Source: Epiperipatus broadwayi
Lineage: Eukaryota; Animalia; Onychophora
Direction: 5' to 3'
Length of the DNA stretch: 64,000 nt
Assembly: GCA_028023455.1 (NCBI GenBank)
Contig: JAQFVV010000009.1
Coordinates: 11,718,001-11,782,000, forward strand
Each line of letters begins with the position of its first letter. The stretch's first letter is position 1. Under the pieces are notes generated by a model. That model did not search any database. It worked only from the letters and a program-made list of their open reading frames with translations, and was not told the origin of the DNA. Shown one piece after another: positions 50,523 to 64,000 of this stretch. The position numbers and the translations under genes were made by a program.

Positions 50523-51791
50523 GTAAGTCAAATCCAAATTTTATAGGAAAAAAAAGAAGAAATCATAGATATTTGTAGAAAAAATAAAAGTAGATTTTGA
50601 GTGATTCATGGACCATAGTTGTTTAGTTTTTTTTATTATAATTTGAAAAATAAATCATTATGTTAATCATTTTCCAAAATTAAGATATCTGACATTGAGA
50701 CCTGTTTTACAATGCAATGTAACTAATTTAAAAAAATATTATATATTGTATATATATGCTTATTTCTAATTATTAATAGTAGATTAGTTTATGTTCAAAA
50801 GCAAGGCATAATGATGAGTAATATAGAATGGCAAAATTTTATTGGTTATGAATAAAAATTCTTTTATTACTAGTTTGTTGGAAATGAGCTTAGTTAAGAT
50901 AAAAATTGCATAATCATGATAGATATATTTGTGAATAGTCTATGATACTGAAATCTCACTGCTTAAGAAAAAAAACAGCTCTATTTATATATTCATATTT
51001 TTATTCACAAAAAATAAAAATTTCAACTTTTTTACTGTTAACTACTCCATCTACCCTGAGCTAATAATTTACTTTGACAATTATTTAGATTATATGCAAT
51101 ACAAACATAATAGTTTGATATGATGCATGTATATATTTGTCTTACATATAGTTATTCTCTATATGAAATTTTTTAAAGATATTCTTGGAAGAGGAAGACA
51201 TTTGATAAGAATTTATAAGTCTAATAATTTTGGGGAGAATTATAGAATAACATATTGAATTAATTTACAAAAAATTGTGAGTTACAATCACATTTCTACT
51301 TCACAAGCAATCTACAGCTCAATTATAATTCAGATTTTAAAATCTAAAATTGATTTTGGTATTTGATTTTTAATTGGCTAAAATGCCTTGAAATGAGTAT
51401 TGGTTTATTCAGTAATGATAATTCCAAAATTATGAAAAGTAATTCAAAATAAGATCTTAATTTACATTTTTTATTTTATTGCACATTTCCCCAAAAGTAT
51501 CTGATCATAAGGAATAATTGTAGATCAATATACTTAGCCAAAAGCACTAGCTATTAAATATCCGGACTGTACTTTTGATGCAATTGATTATGATAGATAA
51601 TTCATGATATTGATAACTAAACAATTATGTGATCAAAAAAAAAAGTTTGTCCGTTCAAAATATTTGAATAACAGATTCTGAAAAATAATACAAATTTTTA
51701 TTCACCCACCTACCAAAAACAAAGTTCTTAATTTTTCTATTTTTAATCATTTTCAGCAAGGCTATTTTAATAATTAGTATTATTATTTGAC

Positions 51792-51867
51792 ATTATATTA
51801 GATGATGGAAATAGTCCAAACAATAAATACAACTAAAACACCATCATCACAAACCTTCAGGAAAACA
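51792..51867 (+). repeat. Second copy of the terminal segment of the 19541-19992 element
   Basis: GATGATGGAAATAGT...ACCATCATCACAAACCTTCAGGAAAACA matches about 19925-19992 and ends at the same base. Confidence 0.85.
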
Positions 51868-52019
51868 TGTAGGAATCTATTTATATGTATATATAATAAA
51901 TTTAGTTATTAATAATATTATCCTATAAAGTTTTTTAGAATTGTATTTAAAGGAGCATGTTTTCAATTATTGTGAATATAACAATGTCAACTGTAAAATA
52001 TGATTTAAATTATGTACAT

Positions 52020-53690
52020 GTGAAGCATCATGATTTTCAATCATTGCCAATCCATTACAAGTTGAAGGTCTCTTCAAGTTTAATCCAGTTTTTCTGATTA
52101 TTAGCTTCTGTTCTCCATATCACCCTAATTCTCTTTCTTATTTTATCCATCAATCTCACAGATCTTTTGCAATCACTTGGAATTCAGTTTAAGATTTCAA
52201 CTATCTATCTATTATCATCTCTTTTAATTATGTCCTTCCCAGCCCCACTTCATTCTTTTAATTCTTTCAATGGTATCAGTAACACCTGGTGTTCTCTCTT
52301 GTATTTTATTTTTGATCCCTACTTGTTATTCATAACATATATCTTCCCATACTTCATTGAGTAATCTGAAGTTTTTGTAGTGCTCTTCTGTTAAATGTCC
52401 AAATCTAAGATTCATAAGTAAGAACTGGTAAAACACATTTATTAAAAAAATTTCCTTTTCACATACATAGATATATTTCATTTTAAGATTAAATTATTTC
52501 TATCAAAAGCATAATTCATCCAAGTTTAATTCTATGATTAATTTCATCTGCTATGTTTCAATCTGTATTAATAATCTGACCAAGTTATTTGTCATTTTTA
52601 AATTCATCATTATCAGTTTTTCTTTTGAAAAAATTCATTAAACATTACTTTAGTCTCTTTAGCATTTACATATAGCCCTGCTTTCTTACTTTCAACTGAT
52701 AACTCTTGAAATATTTCCTGACCTTTTGAAACATTTGCAAAAAACAATTACATCATTTTCAAAATATAGATGGTTTAAATTGGCTGCAAAAGTTTTGAAA
52801 ATACAGAGTCACCCTGTCATATATCCTTCTCAACTATTAATCTTCCTAGTATCATTTTGTAATCTAATCATTGCTGTTGCATTTTGATAAATATTCTTCA
52901 GATTATACAATGTTCCAGGTCTATATCTTGACAATCCAATGCTTTAATCATTGCAAAAATGTCTTTTCATAATTTACAAATCTAAATTATAATGACAACT
53001 CAAAATCTATTGGTTCTTTTGAGAATGTCTTGCAATATTTGGATGTGATCCACTTAGTTAAAACCACTTTTAAATCCAGAATAATCTTTTGATTAGTTAA
53101 AATCCAAAGTTTTCTGTAGACAAGTTGTAATTAATCCTGATAAAATTTTTATATAGAATTGATAAAAGACCAATAGGTTTGTCATTTTTAATATCTTCTT
53201 TATCATTTTTTTTAAACATTAATATTGGTACTGCATTCTTCTAATCATCTGATAAATCTTTATCATTTGGTATATAACTTTGCCAATAATTTTTCTATTT
53301 TTTCACCTGCTTCTTTTAAAATATAATTTATAATTCCATTATTACATGAAGCTTTTCTCTTCTTCATAGGTTCTGGGCAATTCAGAAAGTGCAATAGTTC
53401 AGTTGTATAGGATACTTTTTCTTGTTCTTTATTGTTATATAATTCTTTATAGAACTCTTCCAAGCATTTTATGATGCGATGTCTCTTTTTAATAATAATT
53501 CTATTTTTTCTTGTTATTGCAGAAATAAATTTCTTATTAATTCCAAAATATTGTTTTACACTTTTGAGACCTTGATTCTCTTCTATAGCTTTTCTTGTCA
53601 ATTCATATTTATATTTTCTTATATAATTATTAACTCTTTTTTGTCATATTTAACAAACTTCTAGGTCATTTTTCAATTTAATAAATAAAT
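52020..53690 (-). mobile_element. RTE-clade LINE relic (same family as 16070-20352)
   Basis: Minus ORF 53263-53601 (IIKCLEEFYKELYN...KASCNNGI), GFKSGF..DHIQILQ, DYEK and KAGLYVNAKETKVM. The 3' end CTGGATTAAACTTGAAGAGACCTTCA is shared with 20288-20313. Confidence 0.88.
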
Positions 53691-53820
53691 GGTTCACTTA
53701 TTCCAAATTCATTTAAAACAATAAATATTTTTATTAAATAGATAACTTTTGTTTTCTTTATTTTATCATTTATACACTACAATGAAACTATAGGTGGCAA
53801 TATGTGTGCATCACATATTT
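53682..53820. repeat. Dispersed repeat of about 140 bp, second copy at 57536-57676
   Basis: AATAAATGGT(T)CACTTATTCCAAATT...TAG(G/A)TGGCAA(T/C)ATGTGT(G/A)CATCA occurs at both sites. Confidence 0.8.
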
Positions 53821-56800
53821 CCACTCAATAAAGAATACAATTCAGAACAATTAACATACAATCATCAGGATCAACTGAACATTCTATGAGTAACTCATGG
53901 TTAATTAAAACTAAACTACCACAACAATGAAGTCAGTGATTATACACAATTATGTGTTTTTTATAAAAATCAACAATAGAAATATCCTATAATAATTATA
54001 TTAATTAGCACCTTACATTTCATTCTAACTGGGTATTTGAAAAATAAGTCCATAGTCTTATACAGTTTGCATAAATTTTGAGCAATAAAATAATCATTAT
54101 AAATTGGATATTTACTATTATATCCATAACAGTTTATGCATTTGATCATAACCTTGCAATAAACTATTTTTTAAATCACTAATCTCACAAATTTAACACA
54201 GATTACTGGTCTTACACTGTGGCTGAGACAAATTCTTATGTTCCCAATCTATGTATCTACATTTGCAACTGCGTACTTCATGACAATAAAACCATTTAGA
54301 CATTAAAGGTTTTATCACTAATGACAAAATTTTATATCTATCACCATTATTTAAGCTTATAACGGAACTTTCTTTCTCAGAAACCTGGTCATTTACTTTG
54401 GATTGCATCACATCTAAACTAATATAATACAAATGACCTCACTCTAACTGAGTTTTCAAACTTTGGGCCTCTTGTTTCTGTCTATCCTCTATCTTATCAA
54501 ACTTTTTGTCATTAATTTGCTGATACTCATTTAATCTAGTTTTTAGGATTCCCTTTATGCATTCTACTCTATATTTTTCTGTCTTAGTTCCTATCTCTTG
54601 AATTCAATTGTGCCTTTTTTCTATACTATCTTCTAACTTATTGATTTTTATTTGTATTTGGAGTCCTTTCTGTTTTAATCTCTAGTTCATTAAACTTAAT
54701 TCTCAAATTATTTATTTGCTCTTGTCCTATTTTTATTTCATGAACTAACTCTGTATACACATGCTTCATCTCTTGTTTCTACCTATTCTCTAACTCATAT
54801 TGACCCTCTTCTATCTTCAATACCAGAATTTTTTGGTATTGCTTCATTTCTAGTTTAAGCTCTTTTTGATTTTCATTGAGTGTGTTCCTTAAATCTGTTG
54901 ATAAATTTTCCTGACTTTCAATTCTTGTTTCAATATTTCCTGATTCTTGTCACCTTTTTTTCAATTTTGTTTCATTTTTACCATTAAGCTCTGCAACATT
55001 GCCATTATAGATTTATTTTGATCAATTTTTTATATGAAAGAGACTTTACTAGCTTTTCTTCCCTGTTTTAATATATCTAACCCTTTCTCATTTTTCATAA
55101 CTTATATCAGATTTGTATTCATGACTTTATTTTAGTAAAGAAAGAACATGACTCTACTTCTTTTCAATTCAAAATCCCAGACCAAATGAAATGAACAACT
55201 TGTTTTTTCACTATGCTTTATATGCTGACCCCTACAAATTAATTAAATCCCTACTCATGCATATTTCAACTCATGTAATATACCATTTTAATATAAAATA
55301 CTCAATAATGTCACTCACAATAGTGATTGATTTACCTATCCACAATATTATCCCAAACTAAGGTGTATAAATTTATTTATTTGTTGAAATTCAACTTATA
55401 TTGTGTATAATATAGTGTATATTTTATGACTATGCTTAAAAGATTATGTTACTTGCTTGCCAACAAATCTGAACAGTGAGCATTAATGTTTCTGTCTATT
55501 TACCTTCAATAAAATAAGCTAACTTCAAATATTTTTCATTATTTATTTTACAGTTTCATGAGGAGAACTTGATAATATTTATTAGTAATGAGCCCATATT
55601 TCTTTGGAATTTTACTAATGTAGCACATATCTAATGCTTTTAAAATCACAAACATAAACACTTATTTTTATTATTATAAAACAACTCTGAACATCATTAT
55701 CTGGTACTTTGCCTTTACATGCCTATTTTTGGCATATCTATAAAACATTTTACTTACAACATTGCTATTTCTTAACTCAATGTATTTGTACACCTTTATT
55801 TTTTAGAAAACAATTTGACAACCCACTCTACATTCAAACCCTTTACAAAGCACAACTACAAATTAAAAAAATTATCTATTGAGTCATTACTTTGTTTAAT
55901 CCAACACTAGTATACACAAAAATAGCTAATCTTAATTTTGATCATTAATTAAATATGTTAATTCTATCTACCTATTATACAATTTTAAATCTTTCCTGGG
56001 TCATGGATAAATACTCAAACCTTTGATGGGCAGCCAAAATGTAAAGAACTATTCTCTAAAACCTATAAATAATGCTGAGGAGGCAGCATTGTCTCATAAA
56101 TAGCAATATTTTCTTGTTGGATGAGCCAAATATAAAAGGAAAACTAATAAATTCTGCTAAAAATGTAAACTAAAATAAGTGATGTTCACAGAATAATTTG
56201 CATATTTGGGTAATCTTGAATATAATAGAAAATATTATAATTGACTATGTCTAGCTGGACAACCACATATAATAAATAAAATTATGACCAAAGTGGTCTT
56301 CTCCACTTATGCATTAAATATTTTGGTGCTATAAAATATATTACATAAATGTTCTACTTAGGCAACAAAAATATATAACTAAAATAGATCATTATGTTGA
56401 TTCACAAATGGTTCTATGGCAGTTTAAATTTATATTTAGAATAGTCATGAATTTTGTAAGGTGCCAATGATCCAAATAATGAGTATCTTGCCTGGCAAAG
56501 AATATACATCCCAATAAATGATTATTTGACGATAAAGTATAGGATGTATAATAAATTAATTATCTTAACTGAATAAATTTTGGAATAAAATAATTTTATA
56601 ATGATTGCTGCAATAGGCAAATCAAAGGATTTAAATTAATAATAATAATATAAAGTTATTGAAATAAGCATTAACTCATTGAGGTGGATAAAATAAAGAT
56701 TATAATTCTAATTTACCAACTGCAATCTAATATGCTATCATATATTTTATACTTTTCTTCTTTTTTCTTTTTATGACTGCAATTGATAGATGTGATATAC

Positions 56801-59649
56801 ATTTTTTAAATATATATATATTTCTCATATTGTTTAAATGATAATGAATGCCAAGTAAGTTATACTAATGGAAATTATTAATTAAACCAAAAAAAAAACT
56901 AATTTATGTTTACCATTAAAATTATCATTATAATTTTTCTTAATCATTTTTTAAAAGAAACTTATCTGACAGTGTTACTTTAAAAAGAGATTTTTATTGG
57001 CATCTGTTACCATATTTTGTATGTATATGACTTCAGATGATATTCTATTATTTGATGATTTTCCTTTGGTACCTTTTTTGCTAGCAAAAACACATACATA
57101 GGGATCCATAAACAATTTGAATTATTAGATGAGATCCAATTATTACTTCTACAGATATTCTAATCTAAGGTGAATTCAATTATCTTAGCTCTATAGTGAT
57201 CAGTATAGCATTTGTGATATCTATTTCATTTTAATTATAAAGATACCAAATGGAGGGGGGGGACTCTTGCTCTCTCTAAATTATTTTACCCATAGTGCAT
57301 ATTTGTTTGCTATAGGTTCTAAATATATTTATAAAAGTAAGTAAAATTAAACACAAATTTTTAAGCAAAAGAAAGTCTGTGTCTTTTTGCTAAAGTCATT
57401 TCTGTAGCTATGGCATCACATAATGCAATCTTTTTTAAAAAACACTCATTTTTGATCACATGACTCTTCTAATTCTAATAAGGCATTGTTATCATTTGCA
57501 CATAATTTAAACAAAATATTTCATTTTTTAAATTTATTAAATAAATGGTTTACTTATTCCAAATTTATTCAAAACAATATTTTTTCTATTAAATAGATGA
57601 CCTTTAATTGTTTTCTTTATTTAGTTATTTATACAGTGCAAGGAAACTAGATGGCAACATGTGTACATCATATTTAGAAATTCTTATATATCATAGATCC
57701 ATACCAGTTTTTTTTATCATTTTGCTCCTTGAATAGTTTTCCATATTTTTGCTTGGAATCAGTGGGGGGGGGGGGGTAGAGTTGTGACTAACTATTTTAT
57801 ATTTTCCCAGAAATGATTTTTACTCATTGTTTGATATTCACTTTTTATATTTAATTTTGTTAATCATTATAATCTTTTTCTAATATGTTACTGAAATGTA
57901 ATTAAATTATCCAATTTTTCATTCTCTGTCTTCCATTTCAGTTTGGGGGCCTTTTTAAGTAAAAATTTATGGGGGGGGGGGGAATTGCATATAGATTTAT
58001 TATAATTTTTTTTTTTAATGTTCAATATGAAAAACTTTTGTTACTTCATTTTTTTTATATTTGAGAGTCTTAATTTTGAATCATGCTCTGTTTTGTCTTA
58101 TTTTTCTATTTACTGTACTCATTTCATTAGTGAATGTTTATACTTTTATCTTGGAATGATCACTTATAGAGAAATAAACTTTCATTACATATGAAAATGC
58201 ATTGTTTTTCCTATAACGATTGCTAGAACCTGTGTTTTTTTTATAAGATATTTGCAAAACTATAAAGATTTATCAAAAATACTAATGGGTAAACACACAT
58301 CAAAGATGGATAACAATTGATGACTTCTGACATGCAAATGTACATATCAAATAATAATGTTTGTGATTTTATGCTGCTAACAAGACTAGGATTATCTACA
58401 AGTTTTAATTTTTATATAACTGTAATCTAGAAAAACTGCCTTTTTTTTTAAGTTTTATTTTAATCATGTATAGAATACTGGTTAATGGTATAATATGTTG
58501 TAAAATGACTTCTCATTAGATGATTACAGAAGTTTGTATATATAATATATGTATAGATATTCTGTTAATCAAATTAAACATTTTTTTCTCTCTGAAATCT
58601 TTTATACTGCTGTAAATTCAATTACTTTTTTAAAACTCTTATTACTCCTTCCAATTTACAATCATTAAATTACTCTGCTAGCGTTGACGTATTTTTTCTT
58701 TTTCTCCAAGCACATTTTTGTAAAAAAAAAAAAATTTCTTCTAATATTTGATTATTAAAATTTCTCATCTCTCTTCACCTTTCATATAATTTATTCTATT
58801 TCTTTTTTAATATCATATATTCCAAAAATAATTCTCCCATTTTATATTGAATTAGAGAATCTCAAACTCAAATACAAATATGAAAGCAGTAAATAAATCA
58901 TTGGATAGAATAATCAAACTTCTATAATCACTTTCTAGATATGTGGCTTTCTTCTACTGGGTATTTTGATTTAGATAGTAATAATCTTTTTTTTTTACTT
59001 ATATTCCAATGGAAGAATTATCGTACTGCATCCATCCAATCATTACATTAATCATATTATGCGTTGAAGCCTTTTTTTCCTCAGAATTTTTGCTTTTATC
59101 ATTTTTTCACACCCAGCTAAATAATTCATTGTGAGAATTCTGCCACCAGTATTCCCCCCTCCCCCTTTTTTTTTTAAAAAAAAAAAAAACATTTTAAATA
59201 CATCACAGTCAACAATGCTTTACTACGGTAATGGGTCATTGGGTAATAATGATTGAAAAATTCAAATTCTTAAAAATAATTTTAAAATTTTTGAGTATGA
59301 AAGCATTTTATGTCATTAACTTAAAATAATAAAAGATAAAATGATTACTAGAAAGTTATTGTCTGAATTAAATTCATTAAAATAAACCTCCTATGATTTG
59401 ATTTGCAACCTGAATTAGGAATCATCAACTTAAAAGGATTAATAAATAACAAACAGAAGTAGCTACCGAATGTAATAACTGCCTTCTAGCTCCTAACTTA
59501 ATTAAATAAACTTAGTAATTATCACTTAGCTTTATATTTCATCGGTATAAAAGTATTGTGTTTTTATATATATATCGGTGTGTGTATATACATTGGAATA
59601 TAATGATAATTTTTCAGAATATATATATAAAATATCTATGTCTGAATTA

Positions 59650-60006
59650 TTACTTTTATATCCATTAGAATATTAAGCTAAGAGTTATTTCAATTTTGAA
59701 TTCATATGGGTCAGACAATTAGATGATCTGGTTTCACTTTGCATTGTCAACTTTAATTGATTGTTACCTGGTTATATCATAGTTGAAATTTTTACCTAGA
59801 TTATTACATGGAAAATTTGCCAATATATTTCAAGGTTTACATTTATAAGTCCATAAAAATCTTTAAATCAATATGCATATATTTGAATCAGATCATATTA
59901 TCAAAACTTTTAATAAAATAAATTTAATAGGAATGTATAAAAAAAAAAAAAATAGCAAGAAAGTAGTCATTACAGAAAGTTTTAAAAATTAAAAAAATAT
60001 ACTCCA
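59650..60006 (+). mobile_element. hAT fragments (dimerisation-domain end, then a copy of 22155-22386)
   Basis: MGQ..LDDLVSLCI-like remnant at 59706-59747. 59748-60006 is closely similar to 22155-22386. Confidence 0.6.
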
Positions 60007-60073
60007 AATATTATTAGTTTAATGTTTTGTTTTGGAAAAAATGAAATTTATCTAAATAGAATGAAATTTAATT

Positions 60074-60083
60074 TATTATTGGG

Positions 60084-60125
<42 letters not shown>

Positions 60126-60127
60126 CC

Positions 60128-60135
<8 letters not shown>
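60074..60135. repeat. Perfect 62-bp palindrome with (AT)n core
   Basis: TATTATTGGGCTC(AT)nGAGCCCAATAATA, followed by a further (AT)n run to about 60160. Confidence 0.95.
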
Positions 60136-60164
<29 letters not shown>

Positions 60165-60879
60165 GTGTATCATTTCAACCATTATCACTCCATTACAGGA
60201 TTAAAATCTAAGATAGATTGTTCCAAGATTTTTTGCAAACCTTCTTTTCTCATTCATTCATTACTTTTCTCATTCATTCATTCATTTCACACATGGACAG
60301 TTTATGTGTCTTTTAAGATCAGATTAAGACTTCAATTGCTGTCAGAATTTTCTTATGACTATTTTACTTTTTACAGTTTGAATTTATTTGATCATTTCTT
60401 TATCTTTAAAAATCTATTTCAATTTTTTATTTTTTAATTCACCCCTCCTCTCTCTTTTTCTTGTTACAAAAATATTGAAATGATCTGACATTATACAATA
60501 TGTTACAGAAGTTAAGGATATAAGTTAATGATAGAATCCAAGATTAATCAATCATATGAAAGTAACAGTGAGAAACAGAAATTCATGTAAAATGTAACTT
60601 GATAATAAGAACTTGCACCAAATTGATCTTTAACTATTATAGTATTATCTGCAAAGTTTCTGTTGTGAGTAAGAAAGTATTTGCAGTTTTTTTTTAAAAA
60701 TATGATTTAATAATTACTATGGTTATTATTGTAGATATGACATTTTATTTAGCTTTATACAACTTTAGATTACTTTCAAATGATTGAAGACTGAATAAAT
60801 TGGAAGAAGAGCTATACAGTATTAAATGGAATTGGATGAAGTTGTGCGAAAAGATGTAAAGACAATTCATTTGAAAAAG

Positions 60880-62370
60880 AAACAAATACTGTAGAACAAG
60901 TGGTTTGGAATTTATCATAAATAAAAAAATGAATGACTGCAATTGTAGAGATTATTACTATACTAAAGTGGCAAGATTAATTGTTCAATTTAATAGAAGA
61001 TATTAAAAGCAGATGATTAAAGTTTATGCCCCAATAAATTCTCATTATGGTTAAGTCATGGAAGATTTTTGATGCATGGAATACTTTTTGATTAAACTAA
61101 AAAATATTTTTGATTTATTATAATAGATAATAATGTTATAATTTCAAATTAATTGAAAGTGCTATGGGTAAATTTGTTTATGATGTCAGAAATTAAAGGA
61201 ATATAGGCTTCTGGAATTTATGGAAAAAGAAAAAGTGTATATTATAAATTCCTTCTTTCAAAAAAGTACTATCTGGAAATGAACATGAAGGCACCCATAT
61301 GAAGCTTAGCTTATATACAGCATTTTAATTAACAGTGAATATATATTTGAAAATTGTAATGTTCTTAGCAGATTCTATTTGATTTGTAAAGTACTAATAT
61401 AATGCTATAAAGATAAAAACTATTAAGAAAGACAGTATTAAAAGTTGATATCCTTAATCTTCAGAAAGACATTTAATGAACTGAAATTAAAACTTGAAAA
61501 TCATTTTAAAGTACTAATAGATTATGAAGATGCTTCATATTGAACTGAGATCAATAAGAAGATAATGAAAAGAAAGAATAGTAAAGCGTTTAAAATGATC
61601 TCTTTAGAAAAATTGAATATTTGGAATTCTATTGAATGATATGAAGAAATATTAATGATGACAAAAAAATATAATTGTGAAAGAACAAAGAGAGATGGAA
61701 AAGAACAAAAGACTCAAACTATAAAACAACAAATTTTTTCAAGTAATAAAAAGAGGGATAATATTATGAAGTATTCGAAAGTATTTTATAGTATTAAAAT
61801 AACAACAAGACAATATATCTTTTATGATTATAGCAATGTCTTGAAATTTCAAATATTTTGAGTGAAAAGAAATATGGCATTGCAATCAAATCTATGAAGA
61901 ATAGAAAAATTCCAAGAAATTATGAAATTATTATAGATATTTTAAAATGAGTAGGTGATGAAATAATTAAATTGTTGGCAATTTTCTATAACAAATTTTT
62001 AAATAATAAGGATTTATCATCAAAAAGACAAAAAGATGAATATTAAAAATTATAGAACTATCAGTTTTCACACAAGATTTTTATTCAAATCTTGATAACT
62101 TATCTACATAGAAACTTTGTATGCAAACTATCCAAAAGAAAAAAACTGGATTTAAAATGATTTTAGTTTGATAGATTTCATCTAAGTAATGATTGAAGAT
62201 ATAAAAAAGACTAATGAAGGTGTGTCACCATTTTATATTGGATTTGTAAATTGCAAAAAGATATTTGACCCTAGAAGCAATTTAATGTGATTAAAGATAT
62301 GGAATATTCAGATATTGACCCAAGATATTCCCAAATTTTGAAGATTTATCAAAATATGACAGCACATGGT
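60880..62370 (+). mobile_element. RTE-clade LINE relic
   Basis: QMIKVYAPINSHY (endonuclease), KNRKIPRNYEI (KAPGxDxI equivalent), NYRTIS and KKIFD. Many stops. Confidence 0.7.
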
Positions 62371-62559
62371 GATTCAGTTCAATTTTATTTAAAGTGCAAA
62401 ATAACAACCAATGAATGCATATTAAACTAATAATTATAGAAAAACCTTATCATTGAATAAAATGATATAGTGATGTGGAGAAAAGAAAAAAAATTGGGAA
62501 AAAAAATGGTTTGGGCAATGAGATCACAAAATATATTTTAGTTTTAGTGTCTTGGGGAA

Positions 62560-64000
62560 CAAAATGAAGTATATTATTATTCATAAAATCTTTCCTTATT
62601 GTATGTGTTGATTATGTGAAATATGGTAGAAAATCTAAGAGCTTCTGAATGATAAGGAATTAAATTTAAAGGTCTATGTGATCTAATATAATATTGAGAG
62701 GGATTGGAAGATATGTTTGTAAGTAAATCTGAGATAACTGTAAATTTGGAGATGATCTTGTATAAATATGTAATGTCTCTGATTTTTCTTCTTTGTATTA
62801 ATGAAATGTTAAAACTGTCAGGCAAATGATTATATTTAATGTATTTGGAAAATACAGATTGGATTTTTTGAATATCTTTTTTATTGAGAGGGTTTTAGAT
62901 GACGCAGCTAAATTCTAAGTTGGGGAAGATCAATGAGAGAAAAAGTTTATTTTGTTGACTGATGAAATATTTTACCTTGTCTATTTTAAATACTCTATTC
63001 ATTATAGCATTAACATGAAAATGGAAGGAGGCATTACTGGAAAAAATAATTCCAAGATCTGTCTGATTATTTTTAAAAGTGATTTTAAAATCATGAATAG
63101 AATAGCAGAACTGTAAAAATTCAGATTTTTTTGAGTATAAGACAACAGAGCATTTGTCTTTATTAATTATAATTTTGTTGTTAATACATCATGTAGTAAA
63201 ATTAACTGTATCATTTTGCAATAAAAAAGAATTAATGTGTCTGAAAATTCTACAATCATCAGCATATCAAAGAAAGTGGGGATATTTTATTCTATTCTTG
63301 AAATCATTAATATACATATTAAACAACAATGGGACCATAAAGCTATGTTGGGATAATCCAATTGAGCAAGAGTAGAATGAAGATATATTACGATTATATT
63401 TAACAAAAGCAGTTCTATAATGTATTAATAATTCAAACCATTTGACTACATGATTTTGAAAGCTCTAAATTAATATAATTTGATGAGAATATTATGATAA
63501 ATTTTGTCAAAAGTTTTAAACATATCAAAATAAATGACATCAAGTTTGCTCTGATCTTCTACAGCATGAGCAATATAGTCAGAGATAATGATGAGATTGA
63601 TTTTAATTGAATTATTGGATAAGAAATTGTGTTGATTAAAACTACAAGTTTGCTAGTATCTAAAATAATTTTGTCATAAATACATCTTTCAAAGATTTTG
63701 GCAATGGTATATAAAACAGGAATAGGTCTATAATTGTTAGCTAAGTGTTTAGATCTATTTTTATAAATAGGAAAAACCTTTGTTATTTTTAGAGTTGCAG
63801 GGAAGCTGCCACTTTTTATAAAGCAATTAAATATGTGAAAGAGAGGAGATACAATTAATTTAGTACAGCCTTTATATGTAAAAGGAGAAATATTGTCAGA
63901 TCTAAACTAGAGTTCAATCTGATCTTTTTCATGGAAGAATAGGATATCCAATTCAGAAAATGAATCAAAGGTTATTCTTTCTTTATAAGAAACATTGAAA
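62560..64000 (-). mobile_element. CR1/Jockey-group LINE, RT and 3' region (runs off the window end)
   Basis: Minus strand FPATLKITKVFPIYK...NYRPIPVL...IAKIFERC, DVIYFDMFKTFDK, PLLFNMYIND...YADDCRIF and C-terminal SLIQRRKIRDITYLYKII. Confidence 0.88.

Noticed and set aside
57250-59190. G/C homopolymer tracts as G-quadruplex elements
   Set aside because: Isolated single runs hundreds of bp apart, more likely MITE ends or homopolymer expansions.

Overview
AT-rich eukaryotic (animal, probably arthropod) genomic DNA. Only one host exon is recognisable: 50409-50522 (+), 114 bp, phase 0, encoding the post-IQ segment of an L-type Cav1 calcium channel alpha-1 subunit ([21 protein letters not shown]...EEPMHR). 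Most or all of the window is therefore probably very large Cav1 introns (inference). The rest is a nested transposon graveyard. DNA transposons: a complete-ended Buster-type hAT with TIRs and TSD, further hAT, mariner and Merlin relics, and a Tigger/pogo derivative. LINEs: several RTE relics, a CR1/Jockey-type relic and a probable Vingi-type 3' end. LTR elements, all Mag-like Ty3/Gypsy: one old relic, one near-full copy lacking its 5' LTR, one gag-protease-only copy with both LTRs and a tandem PBS array, and one solo LTR. Penelope-like pieces: an RT fragment and a fold-back GIY-YIG fragment. The most unusual signal is a set of about ten type I hammerhead ribozyme (HHR) motifs. These include an intact minimal HHR in a 401-nt tandem repeat with retrozyme-like architecture (30749-31347) and a TSD-flanked fold-back joining a tRNA-like head to an HHR (19541-19992). 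Many inactivating changes are CpG-type, which suggests TE methylation. No rRNA, true tRNA or CRISPR array was found. All calls come from hand reading and translation; no searches were run.
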